IMG/VR virus record: IMGVR_UViG_3300031555_010338
Length of the DNA: 64,000 nucleotides
Source of the DNA: a virus
Taxonomy: Duplodnaviria > Caudoviricetes
Strand: one strand, 5' to 3'
In this document: positions 1 to 9,478 of the stretch, piece by piece
Layout of the letters: every line of letters begins with the position of its first letter
Numbering within the stretch: the stretch's first letter is position 1
Program-made: the position numbers and the translations under genes
Notes under the pieces: model-generated
Databases searched by the model: none
Told to the model about the DNA's origin: nothing
The model's input: only the letters and a program-made list of their open reading frames with translations

Positions 1-51
1 AGGCTACTCCTTATATAATTGGAACTATCTGCTTATCCAGATGCACAGAAA

Positions 52-85
52 GGCATACCGAGGTTTTATTTTTCCTCGGTATGCC
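52..85 (-). terminator. Intrinsic terminator downstream of the lysS 3'-end fragment
   Basis: Perfect 12-bp inverted repeat ggcataccgagg/cctcggtatgcc, followed by tttct on the minus strand. Confidence 0.7.
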
Positions 86-99
86 ATTTCGTCTTGTAT

Positions 100-125
100 T
101 TAGTCCAGGGGCTTCATGGTGGGGA
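100..125 (-). other. att core 1 (outer prophage boundary), 3' end of lysyl-tRNA synthetase gene
   Basis: Minus strand reads CCC ACC ATG AAG CCC CTG GAC TAA = PTMKPLD*, the typical LysS C-terminus; nearly repeated at 4147-4176. Confidence 0.7.
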
Positions 126-231
126 TTATTCTTAGTGAGTTTTGTCATACTCTATCTTGTCCTGTCTCATGTGGTTTCACCCCAAATCCAGAACTTTTTC
201 ACTCTGTCTCGTTCTGTCTGCTTCGGTCTAT

Positions 232-267
232 TGAGGGGCAAATGTGGTAAGATTTGTGGTAAAATCA
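232..267 (+). repeat. Arm-type integrase binding repeat, copy 1
   Basis: tgaggggcaaatgtggtaagatttgtggtaaaatca, identical to 4283-4318; contains tandem TGTGGTAA. Confidence 0.75.
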
Positions 268-429
268 CATTTTATCATTGTCGGTAAACCCTACCTCAAA
301 TATTATGCTTAGTAATAATATACTACTAAATGTATCTTTGTCAAACCTCTTTTTCCTCATCCACCGCTCATCCGCTGTTTGACCAAAATAAACGCCGCCT
401 TCCTGTCTCGGAAAAGCGGCGGTAGTGTA

Positions 430-714
430 TCATCGATTTTTGAGAACTTTAACCATGCTGCATACAACAGAAGCTTCCTCATCGGTAAGTTCCGAAATAT
501 CCAAAAAACGCTTATCCTCCCGGCACAACAAATAGTCTACAGTCACTCCAAACAGGTCTGCAATGCGCACCATCACTTCAAAGGAAGGTAGGCGAATATC
601 AGTCTCATAGCTCGACACCATAGACGCAGTGACACCCACACGTTCTGCCACTTGAGCTTGCGTGAGATGCTTATCGTTTCTTAACTGTTTTAGTCTTTGA
701 GAAAAATCAACCAT
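430..714 (-). CDS. XRE-family helix-turn-helix transcriptional regulator
   Basis: RLKQLR...LTQAQVAERVGVT...VSSYE...RLPS motif; start moved to ATG 714 (AGGAGG upstream). Confidence 0.9.
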   Translation of the reverse strand: MVDFSQRLKQLRNDKHLTQAQVAERVGVTASMVSSYETDIRLPSFEVMVRIADLFGVTVDYLLCREDKRFLDISELTDEEASVVCSMVKVLKNR

Positions 715-865
715 AAGCCATACTCCTCCTTGCTTATAGTGTACACAGTCCATGTTTTCTCAAAGAAATATTTTATATATAATATAGTTGAGTTTTCGGT
801 GTTCCAATGTTAAAATAACTCTAACAATGATTTTGTAAGCTTCTATTGATTGGAGGATCTCGGAT

Positions 866-1615
866 ATGGACGCTGTTGTAACTCTGTTACTTGTTTTTGC
901 CTTCGTAATTGCTGGTTCTCTGCTTTTAATTTTTGTAAGCGGAACTTCCATAAAACGCTCTCAAAGCAAATTAGAGTCGTATAGAAAAGAAATTGATACT
1001 TTTAATACTCAACGAGAATTGCAGTACGTAAAAACAATTGAGCCAATCTTGGCACAAGCCTATCAAACTCTTTGCCAGAATTTTCAACAGCCAGATCATT
1101 TCTTAACGGTGGATATATTGAACGTAACCAGCGAAAAAGAATTACAGTTTCTTCAGCAACAGCTTCCGGAACAATGGTGCGCATGGCCTGTGACCTGCTC
1201 TTGCTGGGTCAACAGTAGCACTCTCTATATTCTTGAAACTTTTGACTCATGTGTATCAAAGGCCAAACTTTCTCCAGATTTATATGCTACTTTGGAAATG
1301 GCACAAGATCAAATTAAACATATCTCCATTCCTCTGGATGCCATCCATTATTACAAAGCAAAAGGCGACATTATTCGCTCTCAAAGAACAGCAGTCCACG
1401 AAAACACTTCTTACAGTGGAATCTCCGTTAATGGTATCAGCTTTGGAGAAGTGAAGACCACTCCTGCACTTATATTACCAAAAATCCTCGACACACGGTA
1501 TATTGTACTGTACTATCAAACACACGGCGAAGATGAATTGCAAGCATTATACTTTGGATACGATTCTTTGGATGCCCTTATCCGCATAATTCCACAACAT
1601 GAACGACATCCCTGA
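866..1615 (+). CDS. Membrane-anchored hypothetical protein
   Basis: 249-aa ORF with GGAGG RBS and N-terminal hydrophobic helix; divergent from the XRE gene. Confidence 0.75.
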   Translation: MDAVVTLLLVFAFVIAGSLLLIFVSGTSIKRSQSKLESYRKEIDTFNTQRELQYVKTIEPILAQAYQTLCQNFQQPDHFLTVDILNVTSEKELQFLQQQLPEQWCAWPVTCSCWVNSSTLYILETFDSCVSKAKLSPDLYATLEMAQDQIKHISIPLDAIHYYKAKGDIIRSQRTAVHENTSYSGISVNGISFGEVKTTPALILPKILDTRYIVLYYQTHGEDELQALYFGYDSLDALIRIIPQHERHP

Positions 1616-1744
1616 ACTTATAAAAATTGAATCTCTCATTTGCGCATAACTCTTGACGGTACCCGCATTTTTCATTACAGAACCATAAATGGCACCCCTT
1701 CTAAGTACCATGTACTCAAGAAGAGGTGCCATTATCAAGCTTGA

Positions 1745-3391
1745 TTATACCACATTCCAGTGCTTCGAAATGTACATCATGATTTCTTCTGCCGGATTTT
1801 TACCTTTTGCTTCCAGTTGTTTTATATTCTTTTTGGATGTATAGAAGAAATAATATCCATTCTTTTCGTCATCCTCAGGCTTTACACCCTTGATCGTTAG
1901 TGCTGTTCTAAGGGGGATAACCCGATTAGGTGCAAAGCTAATGTAAATATCAGCATTTTCCAGTTTCACATAATTGCTCTCATAATGGTTATCCATATAG
2001 ATAAACGCAAACTCAAAATCCAAGTTTTCCTCAGCCTTGAATTGCTCAAACAGATGAAAAATTTTCAGAACTCGATTTTGGGCACTTAAAGCACTCTGAG
2101 CCACTTCTTTAATTTGAGGATTTTCAGATCTGCAAGCTTCTTCCTGCACCTCTTTTTCCTTCTCCGCTGCCTCCAGCGTTTCCTGATTTATAAAGAAGAC
2201 ATTATCCTTTATGGCTTTTAATTCATTCTTAAATGAACGCCGAACCCCTTTGCCAATCAGTTCGCTTTCCAAATGGCGGAATTCAGTCTCACTTTTCCAA
2301 AGGGGTTTAAGCCTCGAAGAACGATCAAAAAATTGTTCTCCAATTTCCCGGCTGTCTGGATTATTCTTTAAGAAACAAATGATATCATCATCACACAGCA
2401 ATCTCAAAGGAATACCCTTTTCTTTATATCCCTCTGGGGATAATGCTGTTCTCGTAAAAATACTGCGCTCTGCTCCTAATTGTGCGCTATATTGGTCCAC
2501 CATACACTTATTATACATTTCAATGGCATTTTGAACCAACTTTACATCATACCAGATTGTCGGATTGTTCTGAATCCAATGCCGCTCCAAATCGTTGGCA
2601 AATGTAACATTTTCGATGACACTCAAAGAACCCTTTTTATAGGCCGCAACATTTCTCGAATTAGACGATGCATCGGTATACTTCACAATTGTATATCCCG
2701 CAAACAAGCGATCTACATCCAGTGCCATAGTATTAAAGCCTGTTACATATGCATCACGCAGCAAATAATCAAGCTTATCAACATCAATCAAGGATCCATT
2801 CAGCATCCCAATAATAGTATTCTCTATCAGTCTGTCGTTATTTTGATCCTTATAAGCAACTCCAATTATGGAACGCACAAACAGTTCTTCGTCAACATCA
2901 GAAATACTCTCTTCCCTTATCATGTCCAAACCGACTAATGCACTCATTGCCTCATGTGGCTTCCCAGTCCCACTCTTTTTAATATCTGAATGGAGACTGA
3001 TACTGTTAGGAAGAGTTTTTTCAAATTCGCTAACAAAATTTGTACTTTTACTGTAATATCCCTCTCCTGTATGAGAGAAAGGAGAGTGGCCAACATCGTG
3101 AAGCAAACACGCAAGAAGAAAAGACCGTTCCATCTTATTCCAGTTAACATGCGCGTACTCCGGGAACTTCGCCTTCTCAACATTTTCTTTAAAACAAGTA
3201 AATGCTTTTATTCCCAGATGAAAAACGCCAATTGAGTGGACAAACCTATTATGCAACGCAGACGGATATAACGCCTGGTATCCAGTCTGCCTAATATTTC
3301 TCAATCTCTGAAATTCCGCAGTATCAATCAAAGGAAGAAATATTTCATCAATGTCAATGTATCCATAAAGAGGATCCTTAAATTGCTTCAC
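1745..3391 (-). CDS. HD-domain phosphohydrolase (dNTP triphosphohydrolase/SAMHD1-like)
   Basis: FKDPLYG, FQRLRNIRQ, HNRFVHSIG, LLHDVGHSPFSH, DVDKLDYLLRD motifs. Confidence 0.9.
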   Translation of the reverse strand: MKQFKDPLYGYIDIDEIFLPLIDTAEFQRLRNIRQTGYQALYPSALHNRFVHSIGVFHLGIKAFTCFKENVEKAKFPEYAHVNWNKMERSFLLACLLHDVGHSPFSHTGEGYYSKSTNFVSEFEKTLPNSISLHSDIKKSGTGKPHEAMSALVGLDMIREESISDVDEELFVRSIIGVAYKDQNNDRLIENTIIGMLNGSLIDVDKLDYLLRDAYVTGFNTMALDVDRLFAGYTIVKYTDASSNSRNVAAYKKGSLSVIENVTFANDLERHWIQNNPTIWYDVKLVQNAIEMYNKCMVDQYSAQLGAERSIFTRTALSPEGYKEKGIPLRLLCDDDIICFLKNNPDSREIGEQFFDRSSRLKPLWKSETEFRHLESELIGKGVRRSFKNELKAIKDNVFFINQETLEAAEKEKEVQEEACRSENPQIKEVAQSALSAQNRVLKIFHLFEQFKAEENLDFEFAFIYMDNHYESNYVKLENADIYISFAPNRVIPLRTALTIKGVKPEDDEKNGYYFFYTSKKNIKQLEAKGKNPAEEIMMYISKHWNVV

Positions 3392-3436
3392 TCAATATCC
3401 CTCCACATCTTCTATCGTAAGTTTGTAGATATTGGG

Positions 3437-3793
3437 TTACATTTGCTGACAAACAGCTTTGCTTGCAGCATCTACCAAGAATGTTAACACATTAAATGGC
3501 AGGTATCCAATAAATCGACTTTCCAAATCCGAGATTTTCTTGGTTTTAACAACACGAATCTCTTGCGCCTCTGCATCAAATTCAAAATAATCCGTGAAAT
3601 CGAACAGTGCCATTGACAATTGATCTGAGGAAGACAGAAAAATCGCATCAATACCTTTTTCAATGGATAACTTCTGAATGTAGACACCCGCACTGCTTAG
3701 TTCTTCTAAAGAAATGAACTCTTTCTTATGATTCTTTTTCATTGCTATCAAAAGATTTGCAATAATATACTCCGCCCCGACAAATGTTGCCAT
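3437..3793 (-). CDS. Hypothetical protein, operonic with HD-domain gene
   Basis: 118-aa ORF with GGAGG RBS directly upstream of the HD gene. Confidence 0.7.
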   Translation of the reverse strand: MATFVGAEYIIANLLIAMKKNHKKEFISLEELSSAGVYIQKLSIEKGIDAIFLSSSDQLSMALFDFTDYFEFDAEAQEIRVVKTKKISDLESRFIGYLPFNVLTFLVDAASKAVCQQM

Positions 3794-4033
3794 AATAAAC
3801 CTCCATTTCAAAATTACCAATCACTTAAACCTCAACCAAAATACTAAATGTGGTAATACTTAATTATATAATTGCAACACTCTCTTTGCAATAACCACAA
3901 CTCAATTTTCTATCCCTTCCTGTAGACATGCCTCAGAAGGCTATTGCCAACAGATCACATCTCTGATTCACAAGAAAAGCATCCCACAATATATTGTAGT
4001 CTTCTTTGTTTGTACACAATATATACGAAATTG

Positions 4034-4056
4034 AAATGTGGTAGAATTTGTGGTAA
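4034..4056 (+). repeat. Arm-type repeat on the other side of att core 2
   Basis: aaatgtggtagaatttgtggtaa, variant of the tandem TGTGGTA motif. Confidence 0.6.
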
Positions 4057-4093
4057 CACAAAACACCGCTTATTTTTTATCAACTTTTTTGTG

Positions 4094-4133
4094 TAAAAAC
4101 ACCGCCATTTCATCAAGAATAGCGGTGTTTTTA
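4094..4133 (-). terminator. Terminator following replacement lysS 3' end
   Basis: taaaaacaccgc...gcggtgttttta inverted repeat. Confidence 0.65.
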
Positions 4134-4146
4134 ATATTTTTAGAGA

Positions 4147-4176
4147 TTAGTTTTCCAGAGGCTTCATGGTGGGGAA
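4147..4176 (-). other. att core 2, lysS 3'-end copy
   Basis: Minus strand reads FPTMKPLEN*; shares ccag(g/a)ggcttcatggtgggga with core 1. Confidence 0.7.
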
Positions 4177-4282
4177 CTTTACTCGATGAGTTCTGTCTGC
4201 TTCTGTTATGTTCTGTCCAGCAGTATTTCCAACACTTTTCATAACTTTTATTCTCCGTCATGCTCCGTCAAGCTCTGTCACA

Positions 4283-4318
4283 TGAGGGGCAAATGTGGTA
4301 AGATTTGTGGTAAAATCA
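4283..4318 (+). repeat. Arm-type integrase binding repeat, copy 2
   Basis: 36/36 identity to 232-267, at nearly the same distance (~108 nt) from its core. Confidence 0.75.
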
Positions 4319-4457
4319 TAATAGCAAAGCTCAGCAGCATCGACTTCGCCATAATCGCCCCAAAAACATTAAAAGACACTTTATTATATATCACCGATAT
4401 TCGCTTGTCAAATTTCTTATAACGAAAAAATAGGGAGAAGCGCAAATACACCTCTCC

Positions 4458-5144
4458 CTAAGCTATTAAGCTTTCATAGCCACGAACATCTTCAATGAAC
4501 AAATGCTTTCTTATACGATGCTCGTATGCTTCCCGAATAATACGGATAGCAACATCGACTTCGCCATTGGTCAGATCATGCTCATCAAGATATTTTTCAT
4601 ACTTGTCATATACTTTGAAGATCCTATTGAACTCTTCTCTTGACACCACAGCTTCGTCGTCTGCCACCTTGGTAGCAAAGTCAATAATCCTATCTCTGCT
4701 GTTCTGGATAAACATTTCTTCTGTCAGTTTCGTATTGTCCCTTAAAGCCTGTGTAACATCACGTAGGTTCTTACTGATCTCAATGATTGACTTATCGTAT
4801 ATCTCTGCTCTGTCATTTACCCAAGTCATCCAGTTATTTCGTTTTGTGATATTGTCCTCAGAGTAATGCCCATTGACTTCACTAAGAAGCTGTTTGACTT
4901 CTTTTAGCGTTTCTGCATTTTCCTCCCGCTCCATAAGAAGCTGTCTTACCTCTTTCAAGGTCTGCATGTTCTCAGCCTTCTCAGCCTTTTTGCGAGAAAA
5001 ATACTTGCGGACTTTCAGAAATTCAGGCACAACCTTACCCTTAAATTCTAACATCTCTCCAACAATCTGCATGATGAGAAATGCAGCAACAATCGCAATC
5101 GCTACCGTAGTTGGTACATTCAAGTATTCAATGTAGTTAAGCAT
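4458..5144 (-). CDS. Membrane-anchored lysis-module protein
   Basis: N-terminal TM helix plus coiled coil; last gene of lysis operon, followed by a hairpin at 4430-4460. Confidence 0.65.
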   Translation of the reverse strand: MLNYIEYLNVPTTVAIAIVAAFLIMQIVGEMLEFKGKVVPEFLKVRKYFSRKKAEKAENMQTLKEVRQLLMEREENAETLKEVKQLLSEVNGHYSEDNITKRNNWMTWVNDRAEIYDKSIIEISKNLRDVTQALRDNTKLTEEMFIQNSRDRIIDFATKVADDEAVVSREEFNRIFKVYDKYEKYLDEHDLTNGEVDVAIRIIREAYEHRIRKHLFIEDVRGYESLIA

Positions 5145-5171
5145 TCCTCAACACCCGACCTTTGTACTAAG

Positions 5172-5498
5172 TTAGGTGTTGGAATCGGTTGCGTTTACAA
5201 CCTTACTCATATCGCACAAGCTATCGATCATAGCACCTACAGCCTCGATATCAACATCGTAGTTGATTGTATCTGCTGAAGCCTTAACCATAGCAAGTAC
5301 CCACTCTTTACGATCTGCACCTTCTGCAAACTTAGCTTCTGCCTCTTCCATAAGGTCAATTACCAGATCAAGCATCTTGTTCCAGTTCTTTTCCTTTGTG
5401 GCTTTCTGGACATACTCGACCAGCTTAATGACCAGCGGAATAGCGGTGGCTAAGCCAGAAATGATGGCAAGTGCAAGTTTTACCCATTCCATTTCCAT
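5172..5498 (-). CDS. Phage holin (LL-H-like)
   Basis: 108 aa, one TM helix, EEAE..F..GADRKEWV pattern; near endolysin. Confidence 0.7.
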   Translation of the reverse strand: MEMEWVKLALAIISGLATAIPLVIKLVEYVQKATKEKNWNKMLDLVIDLMEEAEAKFAEGADRKEWVLAMVKASADTINYDVDIEAVGAMIDSLCDMSKVVNATDSNT

Positions 5499-5560
5499 AC
5501 CTATTTCCTCCTTATGTTCAAAAAAAAGAACAGCAGCCGGCAGACTACTGTTACTTTCAA

Positions 5561-5953
5561 TTAAATTGCGGGGCTTTCTTCACCCTCGTCATTTTCTTCC
5601 TCCTGGACAAATCCCTTTGCCATAGCGGAGGCATAGGTAATCCCGTCCCCAGAGGCGCTTGTATTTTCGTCTCTGTTCTTTTCAACAACTCTGCTGATTG
5701 CAATGCTCACAGCGGTTCCGATGGGCGTAAATACAACTGTCCAGCACATCAGAGCGCCAGTATAACCGTAGGAAATACTTTTCAGAGCAAGATAAAAGCC
5801 GCCGGCAAGACCAGCAGCTAAAAACAGCAGAATATATACCGCAAGCCGATTTGTGAAGCCCAAACTTTTCATGTGCTTCAGTACGCGAGATTTCTTCTTG
5901 CGCTTCTGCGGCTTTTTCGCAACTCGTGTTCCCTGTGTGCCGAACAATTTCAT
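5561..5953 (-). CDS. Two-TM membrane protein (holin-like)
   Basis: Basic N-terminus, two hydrophobic segments, acidic tail; start overlaps the endolysin stop. Confidence 0.6.
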   Translation of the reverse strand: MKLFGTQGTRVAKKPQKRKKKSRVLKHMKSLGFTNRLAVYILLFLAAGLAGGFYLALKSISYGYTGALMCWTVVFTPIGTAVSIAISRVVEKNRDENTSASGDGITYASAMAKGFVQEEENDEGEESPAI

Positions 5954-7269
5954 CACGCCTTGCCCATCATTTGTGCAAAACGATACAAAACGGTCACAAA
6001 CTGTTCGCGTGACAGAAAATCTTGCCACATACAGTTGGGTTGTCCATTGATGGTTGTGCCGTTACCAGCAATCAGACCAACATTGACAGCCCATTTTCTT
6101 GCTTCCTCGCTATATTGGCCTGCATCGTTATCTTGCAAGGTCTTTCTGTACTCCAACCAAGCCTCTTCAAATTTCTTTGGATCTGTCATGAAATCTTCAA
6201 CCTCCGTTCCTTCCAAAGCATCAATTCTTCTATTTACTTCTGCAGCAATCTCGCCATGACGATTGTAAAGGTAATCGCCTGGGCAAGCCTTGTTTGCAAA
6301 CCAACGGTGTACGGTCATATTCTGCTTGTCTACCTGACCAATCAGGTTTTTGTCGCCTTCCCATTTCAGATGTTTAATGCCTGGGTTCCGCTGACAAATA
6401 TCAACAAGCAGTTTAATCAAACCTTCATATGCCGCCTCAGTCACTGCATATGGATGTGTGGTATCACTTGCAACCTCAATAGTAATTGCTCGATGGTCGT
6501 TTGAATCTGAAGAAGTACACCATGATTGATCTTTCTCTTCTACATACATACCAATACGGCCATCCTTACCAACACCGTAGTTTGACGATGCTTGTTTGGA
6601 AGATGGTGCGAAAATGTCTCCAAGTGTTTCAACCGTACATTGGCCTACTACACAATGAATGGAGATTGTGTCGATCTCATGGTTTCGCGGACTTGTTTTA
6701 TTTGGTGAGATCTTCGTGTAGCTTATAAGTGGGCTGTTGCTCATAACAACACTCCCTCCTTTCTGCACTGTCTGGGCAAACTGGTCATAATATTTCTGAC
6801 CGAACCCAGCACGTTTCCTCTGTACGGCCTCGCTTTGATCCGCAGGCCGCTCGAACTTCAACAGCACGGCATTGGACGCTTCCAAAACGGATGACGCGGT
6901 TTTCAGCGTTTGCAAAACAGATTTGTAGCTTTCCGAAAGCTCTTTCCATAAAAAATCGAGCTGCATATCCAAGTCACCAATCGACTTGCCAGCAGCCCGT
7001 GCAAATGTTAAAAGATTTTCTTTTCTGCTCCAAAATGTCCATTGTACAAGGCCAAATCCTTGTTTGTCAAAGACAAAGTTTGTGTACTTTCCGCTATCAA
7101 CAGCAGATACATACGCATCGTCCGTCATGCCAAGTTTCTTATTGCCGGTGTTCTGGAGGTTGTTTGGCATTAGGCCAGATTCCGCATACAAATTGCCCAT
7201 CAGTCCTGCAATGCCATAATCATTCAATCCTTTATCATGAAAATAATTCCATATTTTTCTTTCGTTCAT
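5953..7269 (-). CDS. Endolysin: phage tail-type lysozyme + Amidase_2 + SLH-like C-terminus
   Basis: GIAGLMGNLYAESGL and GFGLVQWT (lysozyme); IHC, SSNYGVG, IEVA, HRWF, ACPG (zinc amidase); WAVNVGLIAG...SREQFVTVLYR. Confidence 0.85.
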   Translation of the reverse strand: MNERKIWNYFHDKGLNDYGIAGLMGNLYAESGLMPNNLQNTGNKKLGMTDDAYVSAVDSGKYTNFVFDKQGFGLVQWTFWSRKENLLTFARAAGKSIGDLDMQLDFLWKELSESYKSVLQTLKTASSVLEASNAVLLKFERPADQSEAVQRKRAGFGQKYYDQFAQTVQKGGSVVMSNSPLISYTKISPNKTSPRNHEIDTISIHCVVGQCTVETLGDIFAPSSKQASSNYGVGKDGRIGMYVEEKDQSWCTSSDSNDHRAITIEVASDTTHPYAVTEAAYEGLIKLLVDICQRNPGIKHLKWEGDKNLIGQVDKQNMTVHRWFANKACPGDYLYNRHGEIAAEVNRRIDALEGTEVEDFMTDPKKFEEAWLEYRKTLQDNDAGQYSEEARKWAVNVGLIAGNGTTINGQPNCMWQDFLSREQFVTVLYRFAQMMGKA

Positions 7270-7301
7270 AACACTACATCCAATTATTCTATACCTTGCG
7301 A

Positions 7302-8456
7302 TTACACTTTCGCATTTCTTACATCCTGAAACAAATTATTGTATATCTTGTTCATTCTTCTCAATACCATAGTGCTATTGCCTCTTTTCATATGTCCACA
7401 CCAACTTTGATAAGCCGTGTTCACATCTTCATATGTAAATCGCCCACTATCCACCCATTTCCTAAATTTTATCAACTTGCGTTTCATTCTTGTCGGAGAG
7501 CTTCTGTTCATCTTTCTAATAACCTTACCGCTATCCGTCAATGTAAACTTTGTTTTTAGGAATTTGAATCCAGTTCTCAATGGTACTATACGGGTTTTCT
7601 TCTTATTGAGATTTAAGCCAAGTTCTCTGCATTTATTTTCAATCTCTGACATACAATATCGCAAATAATCTGGGTCTTGATGAATTAAGTACAGATCGTC
7701 CATGTAACGTCCATAATACTTGATTCTAAGTTTCTCTTTTATAAAGTGGTCAAGTGGACTTGCCACCATTAACGCATCAATTTGAGAAACCTGACTACCA
7801 AGACCAAATCCAGTGTCGCCAAAATCCTCCATAAAACCATTGGCTAACTTTCTGATACGAGCGTCTTTTATTCTGCGCTCTCCCTCATAATAAATTACGC
7901 TATGCGGAGAGCTGTTGAAGAAGTCAGAAAAATCAGCAAGTAAGACAGCTCCAGAATTAACGCCTTTAGTTCCGTACTTATGGTAATAACGATGCAAATG
8001 TGCATCTACACGATCCATCGCAAAGTCTATTCCTTTGCCTTTCAGACTTGCAGCATTATCATAAATGAAAGAATTTGAAAACACTTCTACTAAAATATAA
8101 TCACATAAACATCGTTGCACAACACGTTCTGATATATGCACACTCTTAATATGTCGTAACTTTCCACGCTCAATGAGATCGAATTCGTGAAATCCCTTTG
8201 TACGAAACTTATCAGTCATCAATTTATCGTGCGTATCTGCAATATTGGCATTCAAACGACTCATATAGTTCTGTACACTATTTTTCCATGACACCCCTTT
8301 GGCGCAATTCTTTGCAGAATTATACAAATGCTCAAAAGAAAACACACTTTCAAAATCCCCACATTTTGAACTTAGTGCGTCTCGTTTTGCTTGTCGTGCC
8401 AATCTTCTTCTGTGGTATCGTGCTTCCTTGCGTTCTTCGCTTGTCGTCACTATCAC
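7302..8456 (-). CDS. DGR reverse transcriptase
   Basis: GLGSQVSQ, YYGRYMDD and GFKFL motifs; adjacent to TR and Avd. Confidence 0.95.
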   Translation of the reverse strand: MIVTTSEERKEARYHRRRLARQAKRDALSSKCGDFESVFSFEHLYNSAKNCAKGVSWKNSVQNYMSRLNANIADTHDKLMTDKFRTKGFHEFDLIERGKLRHIKSVHISERVVQRCLCDYILVEVFSNSFIYDNAASLKGKGIDFAMDRVDAHLHRYYHKYGTKGVNSGAVLLADFSDFFNSSPHSVIYYEGERRIKDARIRKLANGFMEDFGDTGFGLGSQVSQIDALMVASPLDHFIKEKLRIKYYGRYMDDLYLIHQDPDYLRYCMSEIENKCRELGLNLNKKKTRIVPLRTGFKFLKTKFTLTDSGKVIRKMNRSSPTRMKRKLIKFRKWVDSGRFTYEDVNTAYQSWCGHMKRGNSTMVLRRMNKIYNNLFQDVRNAKV

Positions 8457-8691
8457 TCTTTTCTTTGAATATAAAATGGTGTGCCGTACAGTAAAATTAT
8501 AGAGCGTGTGTTCTAACTGCTTAAACCTGCCACCATGAAATCGGTTATCACGCCATCACCGACCATGCAAGCAGCGTCCGGTGTAGATTATCGGCACACA
8601 GTTTTGGGCTTTATAAAGCCACGGGAACAAACCTCCCTTCAGCGGAAGTACGAATTTCGCCTTATAGGTTACTTTGATTGACTATATCCCG

Positions 8692-8823
8692 CAGAATCCG
8701 AAGGACACGCCATTACTGTTGTTGGCGTTGTTATTGTTGGCGTTGCCGTTGCTGTTAACATTACAGAAATTCGTGGAGTTGCTGGAATTAGGAGAACGCT
8801 CCCACCAGTTATTGGCTGAACCA
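8692..8823 (-). repeat. DGR template repeat (TR)
   Basis: 132 nt with 16 AAY codons in target frame; differs from VR1 and VR2 only at sense-strand adenines. Confidence 0.95.
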
Positions 8824-8887
8824 CGCAACGCAGCCCCAAGACACAACGAAACAGGAACGAGGTTTGACCCAAGAAAAAGCCAAATGC

Positions 8888-9355
8888 TTATTCTGTTACA
8901 TGACTGATTTCATCCTCTTCATCAGAAAATCTGCTAAATCTTCTTCTATCGGCTTTCTTTACTCCAACGATCAATGTCTTTTCCTTTTGGATCAGCCTTC
9001 CCCATTCAAGCATTGCATTTGAAAGCCATTTGAATTCTATACTCCAATTTGGATTTTTCTTTACAATGTCATACATAAGTTGCAATTTATCATCCAAACT
9101 GTTAAGTAGACCAAACGCCGTGTTCAAAAGGTCACGGCGAGTTTGAAACTCGTGTTCATTTGTTGGCAAAATAGCTTCTGCCAAGCGCACATGCGTATCA
9201 ATATCTTCTGCAAGAGATGCAATTTTATTTACAACCAGATATGTGTATCGTTTTGGAAACTTCACACAGTTGCTGATTGTATAAATCTGTAATTGTCTCG
9301 CAGTTTCTACATATTGAACCGCACTTGTACCACGTTTTGATTTATAAACTGACAT
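8888..9355 (-). CDS. avd: DGR accessory variability determinant (Avd-like four-helix bundle)
   Basis: 155 aa, basic, FPKRYTY motif; located between target gene and TR. Confidence 0.8.
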   Translation of the reverse strand: MSVYKSKRGTSAVQYVETARQLQIYTISNCVKFPKRYTYLVVNKIASLAEDIDTHVRLAEAILPTNEHEFQTRRDLLNTAFGLLNSLDDKLQLMYDIVKKNPNWSIEFKWLSNAMLEWGRLIQKEKTLIVGVKKADRRRFSRFSDEEDEISHVTE

Positions 9356-9478
9356 ATTTTCTTCTCACATACTGTATGGACATACACATCTCCCCTGAAC
9401 GGGGAGCGTGTGTAGTCCCAACAAAAACACCCGCCAGCTCAAAAAGCTTAACGGGTTGTCACTCATTCGGTTATTAGG

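Larger units (their letters stand above)
125..4146. mobile_element. Integrase-less cassette (CIME-like) accreted between two att cores
   Basis: Bounded by duplicated lysS-end cores and arm repeats; no recombinase ORF inside. Confidence 0.55.

Noticed and set aside
81-287. Short ORFs at 81-287 and 4038-4422 with shared peptide motifs (ASWWG, RGKCGKICGKI)
   Set aside because: The similarity comes from the duplicated att DNA, not from protein coding
7302-8456. RT as a group II intron, retron or Abi RT
   Set aside because: TR/VR pairs with adenine-only mismatches, the adjacent Avd and the SQ motif identify a DGR
8669-8907. ORFs over the TR (8669-8872 minus, 8674-8907 plus)
   Set aside because: Artefacts of the AAY-rich non-coding template repeat
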